The notes beneath the pieces are model-generated. The model saw only the letters and a list, made by a program, of their open reading frames with translations. It made no database searches and was not told the origin of the DNA. A stretch of 61,297 nucleotides of DNA, counting the filler, from Gemmatimonadota bacterium (GTDB taxonomy: Bacteria > 4572-55 > J002), in the NCBI GenBank assembly GCA_003697105.1. It is 4 parts of 4 records of this genome, joined end to end, with 100 filler letters (N's around TTAATTAATTAA, not from the genome) between each part and the next. Parts side by side here need not be neighbours in the genome. Positions count along the whole stretch, not along the records: positions 18,535 to 35,491 come from RFFQ01000050.1; 3 more parts are not named here. One strand, written 5' to 3'. Position 1 is the first letter of the stretch. Each line of letters opens with the position of its first letter. Shown in pieces: positions 20,377 through 30,427 of this stretch. The position numbers and the translations under genes were made by a program.

Positions 20377-21999
20377 TCAATATGCGGTATGGCAATCCTT
20401 ACATTCCATCCCCAGTGGCTTAAAGCGCCGGAACGTATCCCCATTTTCCGCTACTTCCTGCGGGTGGCACTGCTCACAGGGAACTTCCGCATGAGCGCCA
20501 TCCAGTTTAAACCGGGATGCCCGGTTGTGAGCAAATTTTACCGGAGACCAATTTTGCATTGGGGTATGGCACTGCTCACAACTATCACCTGCAAATTGTC
20601 CCTGATGTATATCGCCGTGACAGCCTGCACAGCCGGTTTCCAACGGCGTGTACCGGACGACTTGCCGGTTATCCGGTTGGTGACATTTTTCACAGGCTTG
20701 CTCTGCATGTTTACCCACCAGTGGGAAGCGTGTCTGGTTATGGTCAAATGCGTACCGGACATCGTGCCAATCGTTCCGGCTATGGCACGTTTCACAGCCG
20801 GCAGACCCCATTTTGGCGCGGAATTGCCCTTCGTGCGGATCGGTGTGGCAGCCCTGACAACTGAGATCGCTAAAATCAAATTTAGGGGTTTGCCGGGAAC
20901 GAATCGTGGTTTTGACATGGCACTCGTTGCAGGGCACTGCCAAATGCGCCCCGGAGAGCGGGTAACGGCTCTGCTGGTGATCGGTAAGGGCAAACTGCGC
21001 CGGTAAAAATCCGGTTGCGGCATGACAACTTTCGCACATGCCCTGATCGGGGCGGTCTTGAAACTGCCCTTGATGGTAATCGACATGGCAATCTCTACAT
21101 TGATCCGCTTTCAGCGGGGTTGTGTAACGCCCGGAGGTGTGGCATTTGGCACAATCTACCGTTTGATGCTTGCCCTTTAGTGGAAATCCGGTTTTTGCAT
21201 GATCAAAATCTTCTGCTAACCGGACGTTTTGCCAGTTTTGATTGTTGTGACAGTGCCGGCAATCCTGACCGAATGCACCTTGATGTGGATCGGTGTGGCA
21301 CGCGGTGCAATTTTCAAATTGAAGTGGTTTGTACTGGGTAAATTCGCCCAGATCATCCTGTTGCGTCCGGTGGCATTTGGCACAATCCACCTGTTGATGT
21401 GCTCCCTCCAGTTGAAATTGCGCTTGCCGGTGATCGAATAACGGCGGTTTTTGCCAGGTTTCATTGGAATGGCAACGGCGGCAATCCGTGCCGAGCTGTC
21501 CGCGATGCTGGTCTGCATGGCAACTGAGGCAATCCGTTTGAAGTCCCAAAAATGTTTGGGTTTTATCGCTTCGTTGCGAGGGGTTATGGGCAATGTTTTT
21601 GGCTTGATGGCATTGCCGACATTCCAGTTTTTGGTGTGCGCCTTTCAGGGGGTAGCCGGTCAATTGGTGATCAAATTCCGTTTGGGGGGGTTGCCAGTAA
21701 ATCAGATTAAACTCCCGTCCGTGATGCTCCGGATGGCAGGTTGCACAGGTTTTTCCTTGTTGGTGCACGGTGGCGTGATACCCGCGACCGGCATCCACGA
21801 GCTGTTTGATTTCCATATGGCAGGCTAAACATTTTTCATCGGATTGTTTTTGACCCAGTTGGTGGCATTGGGTGCAATTTGCCATCCCTTCCAGATTCGC
21901 GTGTGCGGTGGAGAGTTTACCCGGCGAGATTTGGGCAACTCCGGGTTGAGCCAGACCGCTGATCAGAATGAAGAAGACGATGAAGATACGTTGCGTCAC
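20377..21999 (-). CDS. 20-heme c-type cytochrome
   Basis: 20 CxxCH motifs counted; signal peptide then ISPGKLS.AH; repeated FDH..[FY]PL.G.H tri-heme units. Confidence 0.92.
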   Translation of the reverse strand: MTQRIFIVFFILISGLAQPGVAQISPGKLSTAHANLEGMANCTQCHQLGQKQSDEKCLACHMEIKQLVDAGRGYHATVHQQGKTCATCHPEHHGREFNLIYWQPPQTEFDHQLTGYPLKGAHQKLECRQCHQAKNIAHNPSQRSDKTQTFLGLQTDCLSCHADQHRGQLGTDCRRCHSNETWQKPPLFDHRQAQFQLEGAHQQVDCAKCHRTQQDDLGEFTQYKPLQFENCTACHTDPHQGAFGQDCRHCHNNQNWQNVRLAEDFDHAKTGFPLKGKHQTVDCAKCHTSGRYTTPLKADQCRDCHVDYHQGQFQDRPDQGMCESCHAATGFLPAQFALTDHQQSRYPLSGAHLAVPCNECHVKTTIRSRQTPKFDFSDLSCQGCHTDPHEGQFRAKMGSAGCETCHSRNDWHDVRYAFDHNQTRFPLVGKHAEQACEKCHQPDNRQVVRYTPLETGCAGCHGDIHQGQFAGDSCEQCHTPMQNWSPVKFAHNRASRFKLDGAHAEVPCEQCHPQEVAENGDTFRRFKPLGMECKDCHTAY

Positions 22000-23430
22000 T
22001 TACACCACCTTTGTTACGATTTCCACACCTAATTTTTGCAGGAATGCCGTCGGGGGTTCGCCGCCGATCATCACAAACACGTAGTCATTGGGAATTTTTT
22101 TGGTCTCATTCCCATTGATTGTCAACGTGACCTCTTTGGCGGTAATTTCTGTCACCTGTGAGTTCAGTAAGGGGATCACTGCACCGCTTTCTATGGCTTG
22201 TTGGATGCGCTCGACATTGCGTGCTTTTGCTCGCCGGAATTCCGATCCCCGGTAGGAGAGATAGACGGTGTTTCCCGGTTGTTTGGAGAGGCCTATAGCG
22301 GCTTCCAACGCGGAATCTCCGCCCCCGACAATCAGGATATAGCTACTGACGTAGGATTCCGCCTCGATCAGTTTATAGACCACTTTGGATAGTTCTTCGC
22401 CGGGGACGCCCAACTTCCGCGGTGTGCCTCGCTTGCCGACCGCTAACACTACCCGGCGTGCTTTGTATTCACCTTTGGTGGATCTTACCATAAAATAGCC
22501 GTTTTCACGCATGACATTCGTCACCCGTTCGTTGGTTCGGATTTCGACTTCTGTGTTGCGGATGATGGTTTCCCAAACTTCCAGCAGGGTTTCTTTTTCG
22601 GCTTCATTCATCCACAAACTGCCGTACATTGGAATTTCGATGGGTTCTGCCATGACCAATTTGTGACGCGGATACTGCCGGATCGTACTTGCCAGTTCAC
22701 CTTGTTCTAGGGTGATGTAGCTAAGCCCGTATTGTTTGGCGGTGAGAGAGGCACTGAGTCCGGCGGGTCCTGCCCCGATAATCGCGACATCCGTTACGCC
22801 CGGGGTTTTCACTTCCCCTTTAATTTCCTCATAAATGTGATCGATTGCCAATTTGCCTTCATTCACGGCATTTTTGATGAGTGCCATACCGCCCAGTTCG
22901 CCAACGATATAGATTCCCCGGACGTTGGTCTCAAATTTTTCATCGATTTGGGGGACTTCTACCGTTCGGACTTGATCCCCTTTGACCAGCACGATCGCCG
23001 ACGTCGGGCATACATCCGCACATGAACCGTGCCCCATGCACGCAGGTAGGTTAATCACTTGCGCTTTACCGCCGATCACGTCCAACACGCCATCTTCTGG
23101 ACACGCATCTACGCATGAGCCGCAACCGACGCACATGCTGGCGTTGATTAAGGGGTGTATTCGGGCTTCGGCATCCTCGCCGGTTGGGGCATCGGTGGTT
23201 TTTGCCGCCGCACTTTTGATCTCCCACATTTTCATGGGGATACCACAATGGTCACAAAATGCCGCCCCTTTGCGTACAGGCGATCCACATTTGGGGCAAT
23301 TCCGAGTCATGGAGGTAGGGGTTGGGCTAGGGGTATTTTGGCTATTTCCATCCGCTATGGATTTAAGGTAGTTCCGTAAGAAGAATGCGATAATCGCACT
23401 CGATAAAATAAAAGTGATGAACGTTTCCAT
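22000..23430 (-). CDS. Membrane-anchored FAD/NAD(P)-dependent thioredoxin-reductase-like oxidoreductase with zinc ribbon and 2x[4Fe-4S] ferredoxin domain
   Basis: N-terminal TM (start 23430 after AGGA), CPKC..CDHC, CVGCGSCVDACP and CMGHGSCADVCP, GAGPAG (FAD), GGGDSA...SYRG (NADP). Confidence 0.88.
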   Translation of the reverse strand: METFITFILSSAIIAFFLRNYLKSIADGNSQNTPSPTPTSMTRNCPKCGSPVRKGAAFCDHCGIPMKMWEIKSAAAKTTDAPTGEDAEARIHPLINASMCVGCGSCVDACPEDGVLDVIGGKAQVINLPACMGHGSCADVCPTSAIVLVKGDQVRTVEVPQIDEKFETNVRGIYIVGELGGMALIKNAVNEGKLAIDHIYEEIKGEVKTPGVTDVAIIGAGPAGLSASLTAKQYGLSYITLEQGELASTIRQYPRHKLVMAEPIEIPMYGSLWMNEAEKETLLEVWETIIRNTEVEIRTNERVTNVMRENGYFMVRSTKGEYKARRVVLAVGKRGTPRKLGVPGEELSKVVYKLIEAESYVSSYILIVGGGDSALEAAIGLSKQPGNTVYLSYRGSEFRRAKARNVERIQQAIESGAVIPLLNSQVTEITAKEVTLTINGNETKKIPNDYVFVMIGGEPPTAFLQKLGVEIVTKVV

Positions 23431-23548
23431 CGGTTCAAAATCCTGAACACAAGTTAAAAATATTGAACGGTATGCCGTGTGAGAGGGGGGGGAAGGGTAC
23501 ATGGCTCAATGCGTTGAACCCAACTATCCTGTTGGAGGCTTCCGCGGG

Positions 23549-24412
23549 CTAAAAGTGCCAGGTGTACCCGAACAATATCGCAACAATGATATGAATAAAC
23601 ATGATGGTAATCATGGTATAAGCAAACGGTTTATGCACCACATGCCAAAAGTGGAACAATTTCTGTGCCGTTTCCAAGAAGTGGATTTTACGCCTTAACA
23701 GGGCTTCGCGGCTGGCAATATTGAGGATTTGGCGGATAGTTTGAGGGGGTAACTGTTCCCGGCGAAGTATCCGGTGGAGCTTGAACAGTTCAACCCCTCT
23801 GAGAAAATCATTTTTGATGATGCCGAAGAGTCCCGCCATTGCTTGGGGGTTGTCTTGCTCATGGAGCTTGATTAAATGATCCAGTGTCTGGCTGGCGACC
23901 TCACTGAGGTCAAATTCGGTACGGAGTTGCCGGGCGTATTCCGCTTCGGCTTCTTTGAGTTCCTTGAGGGTCATCTCTTCACCGGCGATGGTGCGTGGAA
24001 TCTGGGCATATAGGTAGCGCCCGATAAAACCGCTGAACATGACCGCCATCATAGACCAATACGCCACCGAAACAAGCCCCCCGAATTTAAAAGAACTATG
24101 GAACGTGATCAGCAAAGGGCCCATCAACCCTAAAAAGATATGGTAATCCAACCATTTGCGGATCGAGCCTTTACCCTTCATCCAGGATACCCGCTTACGA
24201 AACGAATACAAAAAAAGGCTAAGCAGGCATAAACTGCCTAAAATGCCGTACGCATGTCCCCAAGTGCCACTGGGTTTCAGGGTATCATGCCAGACAGAAT
24301 GCGGGCGTTCGGCAAGCGGAAGCCGGTAATAGGCGTACCCGGTAAACAGTAAATAAATTGCGGTGATAATCCAAACTAGAATCAGCAAACGAATGATCCA
24401 ACGGTGAAGCAT
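23549..24412 (-). CDS. Integral membrane protein, predicted di-heme b (ferric-reductase-like TM domain)
   Basis: About 5 TM helices; two H-x13-H pairs (HIFLGLMGPLLITFH, HKPFAYTMITIMFIH); SGFIGRYLY. Confidence 0.75.
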   Translation of the reverse strand: MLHRWIIRLLILVWIITAIYLLFTGYAYYRLPLAERPHSVWHDTLKPSGTWGHAYGILGSLCLLSLFLYSFRKRVSWMKGKGSIRKWLDYHIFLGLMGPLLITFHSSFKFGGLVSVAYWSMMAVMFSGFIGRYLYAQIPRTIAGEEMTLKELKEAEAEYARQLRTEFDLSEVASQTLDHLIKLHEQDNPQAMAGLFGIIKNDFLRGVELFKLHRILRREQLPPQTIRQILNIASREALLRRKIHFLETAQKLFHFWHVVHKPFAYTMITIMFIHIIVAILFGYTWHF

Positions 24413-24469
24413 CTTATAGGCACCTCTAGTGTGAGCCAGAGTTCAAAACCATGAACGGATAGAACGCTA

Positions 24470-25732
24470 TCAATAATCGTATTTGCGCATGCCGATCCCT
24501 AGAATGATACCAATGGAAATGAAGGTCAGTACTAACGAGGAACCGCCATAACTCATCAGGGGCAGGGGTACCCCTGTGACCGGCATTAAACCAATTGTCA
24601 TGCCAATATTGACGAAGATGTGAAAGAGGAGCATTCCGGTAATCCCCACGCACGTAAAACTCGCGAAAGGGTCGCGGGTTTGGACCGCGATTCGCAGACA
24701 ACGGATCAGAATAAAGCCATACAAAAAGATGAGGATGGTACACCCCACAAACCCCAGTTCCTCCCCTAAAACGGAGAAAATAAAGTCAGTATGTTGTTCC
24801 GGTAGGAATTCTAATCGCTTTTGCGTGCCCTCAAATAATCCTTTACCCAAAAACCCACCGGAGCCGACGGCGATTTTGGATTGTGTAATTTGGTAGCCCG
24901 TTCCCAGCGGATCATCACTCGGGTTCAAAAACGTGATGATCCGTTTTTGTTGGTATGGTTGAAGTTTATGCCAGATCGGGTTGGCGGTAAAAGCACATAA
25001 GATATTCAGGCCCATGATGAGCAAGGAGATCGAGAGTTCCGTACGGCTGTAATATATCACCAAGAGCACTATCCCGATAGCCAGCAAGGGGAGTAACACC
25101 TGTCCCCAAACGATCTCCACCGGGGAAATCAGCGGGAAAATCACCAGAAACATGGTCAACGCCGGTGAAATGAGCAGAAAAAAGTCTTTTAAGGAAAGCC
25201 CTGCCCAGAGCGACATTACTATAAAAATTGCCGCTAATACGAGGGCTGTTCCTAAATCCGGTTGTTTGAGGACGAGTACAAATGGAATGAGGGTAACTAT
25301 GCCGGGTAGAATCAGGCGGTAGAGATTTTCCGGTTTACGATTTTTACCGGAATAGTACCGGGCAAGGGCGAAAATCAGGCAGAGTTTGGCAAATTCAGAG
25401 GGTTGGAGCCGCACGGGTCCAAGGGTGATCCAGCGTCCCGCGCGCCCAGAACCCAGACCGCCCCAGATGAGGAGGACTAACACCAGTAAAATGATGCCAT
25501 AAAAGACAGGTGCTAGTGCCTCATACACCCTATATGAGACCGCCAGAGTAACAACCAATGCCGCTAGTGCCACCAAAAACCAAATTGATTGCAAGCGGGC
25601 AAAATGAGCAAACTGGTGTGTACCTACCCCACTAACCTGTGTGGCACTGTAGATCATCATAATGCCAAATCCGGCAGTGAGGAGGGTTGCCAATAATGTC
25701 CAAATATCCAGATACCGCAAACGCTCTAGCAT
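24470..25732 (-). CDS. rodA: Rod shape-determining protein RodA (SEDS)
   Basis: RWITLG..LQPSEFAK, QPDLGT, GYQITQSKIAVGSGG, LPEQHTDFIF, TGVPLPLMSYGGSS. Confidence 0.95.
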   Translation of the reverse strand: MLERLRYLDIWTLLATLLTAGFGIMMIYSATQVSGVGTHQFAHFARLQSIWFLVALAALVVTLAVSYRVYEALAPVFYGIILLVLVLLIWGGLGSGRAGRWITLGPVRLQPSEFAKLCLIFALARYYSGKNRKPENLYRLILPGIVTLIPFVLVLKQPDLGTALVLAAIFIVMSLWAGLSLKDFFLLISPALTMFLVIFPLISPVEIVWGQVLLPLLAIGIVLLVIYYSRTELSISLLIMGLNILCAFTANPIWHKLQPYQQKRIITFLNPSDDPLGTGYQITQSKIAVGSGGFLGKGLFEGTQKRLEFLPEQHTDFIFSVLGEELGFVGCTILIFLYGFILIRCLRIAVQTRDPFASFTCVGITGMLLFHIFVNIGMTIGLMPVTGVPLPLMSYGGSSLVLTFISIGIILGIGMRKYDY

Positions 25733-25735
25733 GTG

Positions 25736-26344
25736 TTATTTTAGCTGTTTGGGGGTGGGGGGTTGGGCAAGTTCCGCAATGCGCCGCATCAGTTCATCAC
25801 TGAGTTGTTGGTAGCCTTCCGCTGTTTGCGGATACTGGGCATATATTTCGGGGGTGATCGGCTCTCCAAAACGGATAATAAACTTTTGACGTTGTTCGGT
25901 GCCATAAATTCCGGCGGGAACGATGGGCACTTTGGTTTTCATCGCCAGCATCCCCACCCCTGCCCGGGCTTTAAACCGCATCGGATCGCCAGTTTTCCGG
26001 CGGGTGCCCTCCGGGAAAAGAAGCAGACATTCCCCACTTTTCAGGACTTTCAACGCCGTTTTCATTGCCTTCATGTCCATTTCACCTCGATTCACCGGAA
26101 AGCCGTTCAGATGTTCTAATATCCATTTTAACGGTTGGTGACGGAAAAGCTCTTGCTTGCCCATCGTGTGAATGACCCGCGGGCAGGCACAGCCCACCAC
26201 CGGCGGATCCAAGTTGGAGATATGATTGGGTGCAAGAATGAACCCCCCTTCTGCCGGAATATGTTCCCGTCCTTCAATTTGCCAACCCCAAACCGTAAAT
26301 ACAGTGCTTGCCAATCCTTTGGCAAACCGATAAAACCAACCCAT
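25736..26344 (-). CDS. plsC: 1-acyl-sn-glycerol-3-phosphate acyltransferase
   Basis: NHISNLD (HX4D), FPVNR, FPEGTR, VPIVP. Confidence 0.92.
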   Translation of the reverse strand: MGWFYRFAKGLASTVFTVWGWQIEGREHIPAEGGFILAPNHISNLDPPVVGCACPRVIHTMGKQELFRHQPLKWILEHLNGFPVNRGEMDMKAMKTALKVLKSGECLLLFPEGTRRKTGDPMRFKARAGVGMLAMKTKVPIVPAGIYGTEQRQKFIIRFGEPITPEIYAQYPQTAEGYQQLSDELMRRIAELAQPPTPKQLK

Positions 26345-26404
26345 AAAAACCTCTTTTGATTGACGATTTTCCAGTAATGAAATCTGAACGCTTACGCCGA
26401 ATTC

Positions 26405-27628
26405 CTAATCCCTGATTTTTAATTTCGCTTTCGCATAATCCACCAGTAATTGGTATTGGTGATGCAGACTAAACTCCTCCACGCCTTGCGGGGATTTAAA
26501 GAAACACGCCAGATGGGGTTGTAAGCCGGCTTCACCTTGTTGCTTGGCAAAGTCCGTAAAGCGGATTAAATCAAGGGCGAGTGGTGCGGCTAAAATCGAG
26601 TCACAACCTTGCCAAATGAACTGCAGAATCATTTTTGTATCCAAAAAGCCCTTAAAGTGGATGTGATCCCAAGCGGTTTTCCAATCATCGAGTGAGGGTA
26701 CGTATTCAATCATGGTTTTGGTATAGGTCTGTTCGCCTAAAATCTCGTGAATGGTCTGATCTTTACTCTTTAATTTAGATTGTTTATTGATTGGATCATT
26801 TAAGATTTGACCGTCTCGATCTCCTAAAATATTGAATCCCGCCCAACTGAGTACTGGCATATTCCGCATAACGAACATGGGTGCCAGAACAGATTTCATC
26901 AGGGTTTCACCGGTTTTACCATCTTTGCCCATGTGGTTGGTATTGCGTTCTCGCGCCAGTTGATCCAGTGCGGGAGTGTCCGAGCCGATTGAGGGGGTGA
27001 AATTGACATATCCGTAGCCCAAATCCAACGCCGCGTAGGCATAAAGTGAGCTTGCCGCAATATTCTCCCGTTGGTCGGTTTGGATGACCCGGTGGAGTTC
27101 CTCTAGGGAATGGTACGAGGGTACTTCAAATAGATGTGGTTGAAATGCTTCTGTAGATGCCAGATTCAGCATGACCAAATGGTCCAAGTGGTGTCGCTCG
27201 ACAAAATCTTGTAAATCCTGCTGAATCGTTTGGACGGCTTCTGCTAAGGGGAGGTGGTTTTTCTGCAATTCATGATCAGCTAAATCATCCACCACTTGCC
27301 CACAATTCAGCGTCAAACCATCTTTAATTTCCGTGTTGATGCTGTCAAGCTCTGTTTTGACGGCGTTCAGGGTGGCATAGCCCAGCGTACCTGTTTGAGC
27401 TTCCACTTCTAATGCACTGTCATACAAACTGATGTTGCGGATTTCATAACCGCCCCATACAATATCTTCTAACGGGATCAACCCTAATTGGTTGAATGGC
27501 GCATTTTCTGAAACCAGACCGGCGGCAGATGCCAATCCTTTGCGGATGGCGTTCACCCCTACCAACATTGTCGTGCTAACGCCACCCTTCGCGCCCAATA
27601 TCCAACAGCCGAGTTTACGATTTGCCAT
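26405..27628 (-). CDS. ino1: myo-inositol-1-phosphate synthase
   Basis: GAKGGVSTT, NLASTE, GKDGKTGET, NILGDRDG, DWKTAWD, GCDSILAAPL, FFKSP. Confidence 0.92.
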   Translation of the reverse strand: MANRKLGCWILGAKGGVSTTMLVGVNAIRKGLASAAGLVSENAPFNQLGLIPLEDIVWGGYEIRNISLYDSALEVEAQTGTLGYATLNAVKTELDSINTEIKDGLTLNCGQVVDDLADHELQKNHLPLAEAVQTIQQDLQDFVERHHLDHLVMLNLASTEAFQPHLFEVPSYHSLEELHRVIQTDQRENIAASSLYAYAALDLGYGYVNFTPSIGSDTPALDQLARERNTNHMGKDGKTGETLMKSVLAPMFVMRNMPVLSWAGFNILGDRDGQILNDPINKQSKLKSKDQTIHEILGEQTYTKTMIEYVPSLDDWKTAWDHIHFKGFLDTKMILQFIWQGCDSILAAPLALDLIRFTDFAKQQGEAGLQPHLACFFKSPQGVEEFSLHHQYQLLVDYAKAKLKIRD

Positions 27629-27736
27629 GAGACCTTCTCCTTATGTGATAATGGTAAAATGAGTGCGGATCACGGGTAAGGATAGTGAAGCAGGTGGCAG
27701 AAATCAAGACAAAAAGGGGGTAATATTCGTCATTAT

Positions 27737-30166
27737 TCACTGCTTATGGCGTATTGTTTGTCGTGCCATGACGGTGGTGAGTACCGTGGTGAAGAGAATT
27801 ACAGAGATAGAACTGAGCGGCATTAAAATCGCGGAAATCAGTGGTGAGAGATGACCCGTCACGGCAAAACTGAGACCGATACCGTTGTACAAAAAGGAAA
27901 GGGCAAAACTAGCGAGGATAATCCGCATACTGGTTTTGGAAAAGCGTAGAAAATCGGCTAAGTGACTAAACTGGCGGGCATCTAGGATGGCATCGCACGC
28001 GGGAGAAAAGGTGGCGACATCCTCCGAGATGGAAATCCCGATGTCGCTTTCTTTCAACGCACCGGCATCATTCAATCCATCCCCAATCATCAACACCTTT
28101 TGGTGATTTGCCTTCATTTGACGGATAAAATTGAGTTTATCTTGGGGGGTTTGTCGGAAATGCAGGGCAGATTCATTTCCGAAGAACTGCTTGAGGGTCT
28201 TTTTTTCACCGTCGCCATCGCCGGTTAGTAGCGCAAGGGGATAGGCCGCCCGTAATTTGCTCATGAGTTCGGCAAATCCGGGGCGATACACATTTGCCAG
28301 TTTGAAATATCCACGCCGTTTGCCATCAATAGAGACGTAAACGGTGGTAGCTAACGTTTGGTGATCCTCAGCCGGCGCGGTATTACCAATCCATGTTGCC
28401 GCCCCTAATCGCACCGGGTGAGTGCCAACAATCCCCGCAACGCCTTTGCCCGGAACTTCTTCAAATTGATGAACATTCGGCAGGTTTGTAGCATTGAGTG
28501 CGCTGTATATCTGTTGGCTCAACGGATGGGCCGAATGACGCACCACTGCTTTTATCCAGCGTTCTTCTTCTGCGGTGAGAGCCGTCTGTTCTGCCACAAA
28601 TTCCACGTTGGCTTCTGTGGATTGGGTGAGCGTACCGGTTTTATCAAAAACAATCATCGTGATGTTGGCAAGCCGTTCGACCACATCTGTGCCTTTAAGG
28701 TAAAACTGATGTTTCCCAAAAATGCGCAAGGTTGTGCCCAACGTGAACGGTGTGGAAAGTGCCAGCGCACAAGGACAGGCGATAATTAGTACGGCGGTGA
28801 AGACATTAACCGCGATCCCTGCATCTCCTCGCACATACCAGTAACTTGCCGCTAAGCCCGCGATGAGAAGAACTACCACGGTGAAATACTTACTGATGAT
28901 GTTCACCCGGCTGCTCATCAAGGGAGCGGTGGTTTTGGTAAAGGTGTCATTATTCCATAGTTGGGTTAAATAACTTTGGGAGACTTCCTTAACCACCTCT
29001 AATTCAATACATTCACCTACTTGGCGCCCACCGGCGTATATGAGATCGCCGTTTTGTTTGGCGACCGGTTGGGATTCGCCGGTGACAAAACTGTAATCGA
29101 TCAAGGCGTGCTCGCTCATCAACACGGAATCTGCCGGAATAAGTTCCTGATTGCGCACCAGAATGCGGTCGCCCACTTCCAACTGAGAAAGGGCAATGGT
29201 ACGTTCGCCGTCATCTGTTTTGCGGGTGATGGCAATCGGGAAGTAGGATTTATAATCCCGATCAAACGAGAGCGTGTCATAGGTTTTTTGCTGAAACAGT
29301 TTGCCCAATAACAGGAAAAAAACCAAACCTGCTAGGGAATCCATGTAGCCGGCGCCGGTGTGGGTCACGATTTCGTAAACACTGCGCCCAAACAGCGATA
29401 AAATTCCTAAAGAAATCGGTACATCAATGTTGATCGCTTTCTGGCGAAACCCCTTGAGTGCCGATGAAAAATATTCCCAACTGCTGTAAAAAAAGACCGG
29501 CAACGCAAAAAGCAGATTGAGGTAACTGAACAGTTGCCGGAACGCAGGGGCGAGGGTTCCCCCAGAGAAATATTCCGGCAGGCTAAACAGCATGATGTTG
29601 GCAAAAAAGAACCCCGCTACCCCAATTTTGCGCTGTAACTCTTTTTGGCGGGAGTGCTGGGTATGCTTTTCCAGATCGGCAAGGTGGATTTGCGGTTCGT
29701 ACCCAATCCCCGACAACAACTCCACCAGTGCTCGAAGCGTCAACTGCCGCGGATCAAATGTCACCAAAAGCGTTTTTTTCAGAAAATTCACCCGCGAGAC
29801 CGAAACCCCCTCTGCCAACCGGTATAGATTCTCCAGCAGCCAAATACAGGAACTGCAATGCATTTGGGGGATGGTGAAGGTAACTTTTGCGGTCTGCCCA
29901 TCATTAAAATCGAGTAGTTGTTGCTGGGTCGCTTCGTCCTCTAAATAGGCGAATTTTTCCGCATAGGGGGACGTTTCGGGAGAGATACCCGGCGCTTGAT
30001 CAAGGTCGTAATAGGTGCAGAGATCATGCTGGTGCAACAGATCGTAAACCGTCTTGCAACCGTGACAGCAGAAGATTTTATCGCCTAGCGCAATGCTATC
30101 ATCTTTGCACACATCACCACAGTGATAACACGTAAGCCCTGTTGCAGGTGAAACCGGTGCGCTCAT
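27737..30166 (-). CDS. ccoI: P1B-type heavy-metal (Cu) ATPase, CcoI/FixI type
   Basis: N-terminal CYHCG..FCCHGCKTVY, HMA MHCSSC, TGES, ACPCAL, DKTGT, HP, GDGLND, YN..MPLSS. Confidence 0.85.
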   Translation of the reverse strand: MSAPVSPATGLTCYHCGDVCKDDSIALGDKIFCCHGCKTVYDLLHQHDLCTYYDLDQAPGISPETSPYAEKFAYLEDEATQQQLLDFNDGQTAKVTFTIPQMHCSSCIWLLENLYRLAEGVSVSRVNFLKKTLLVTFDPRQLTLRALVELLSGIGYEPQIHLADLEKHTQHSRQKELQRKIGVAGFFFANIMLFSLPEYFSGGTLAPAFRQLFSYLNLLFALPVFFYSSWEYFSSALKGFRQKAINIDVPISLGILSLFGRSVYEIVTHTGAGYMDSLAGLVFFLLLGKLFQQKTYDTLSFDRDYKSYFPIAITRKTDDGERTIALSQLEVGDRILVRNQELIPADSVLMSEHALIDYSFVTGESQPVAKQNGDLIYAGGRQVGECIELEVVKEVSQSYLTQLWNNDTFTKTTAPLMSSRVNIISKYFTVVVLLIAGLAASYWYVRGDAGIAVNVFTAVLIIACPCALALSTPFTLGTTLRIFGKHQFYLKGTDVVERLANITMIVFDKTGTLTQSTEANVEFVAEQTALTAEEERWIKAVVRHSAHPLSQQIYSALNATNLPNVHQFEEVPGKGVAGIVGTHPVRLGAATWIGNTAPAEDHQTLATTVYVSIDGKRRGYFKLANVYRPGFAELMSKLRAAYPLALLTGDGDGEKKTLKQFFGNESALHFRQTPQDKLNFIRQMKANHQKVLMIGDGLNDAGALKESDIGISISEDVATFSPACDAILDARQFSHLADFLRFSKTSMRIILASFALSFLYNGIGLSFAVTGHLSPLISAILMPLSSISVILFTTVLTTVMARQTIRHKQ

Positions 30167-30427
30167 GGATTAAGGGTCAATTTTTGAGGAATGATTGATA
30201 GTGATTATATGCGCAATGTGGGCAATCCGGTGTGAAAAGTCAAGGTTTTCTGATGGTTTAGCGGGCTTTGGTGTAGCGGGCTTAAAGAATGATGGCGGGT
30301 GTCTATTTGCCGGCGGATGGCTACTATCGCCAGATTGCATTTGCCAGTTTTTACGCTTTCCAGCAGGTATTCAGGAGGGGGGGGAGTAACAGGCGCATTG
30401 CCGTCACGACTCTCCTCCCTCTTTCTT

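Noticed and set aside
18642-21828. Several plus-strand ORFs (e.g. 18642-19430, 20389-21006) with repetitive VA/MA patterns
   Set aside because: Antisense read-out of CxxCH repeats in the cytochrome genes.
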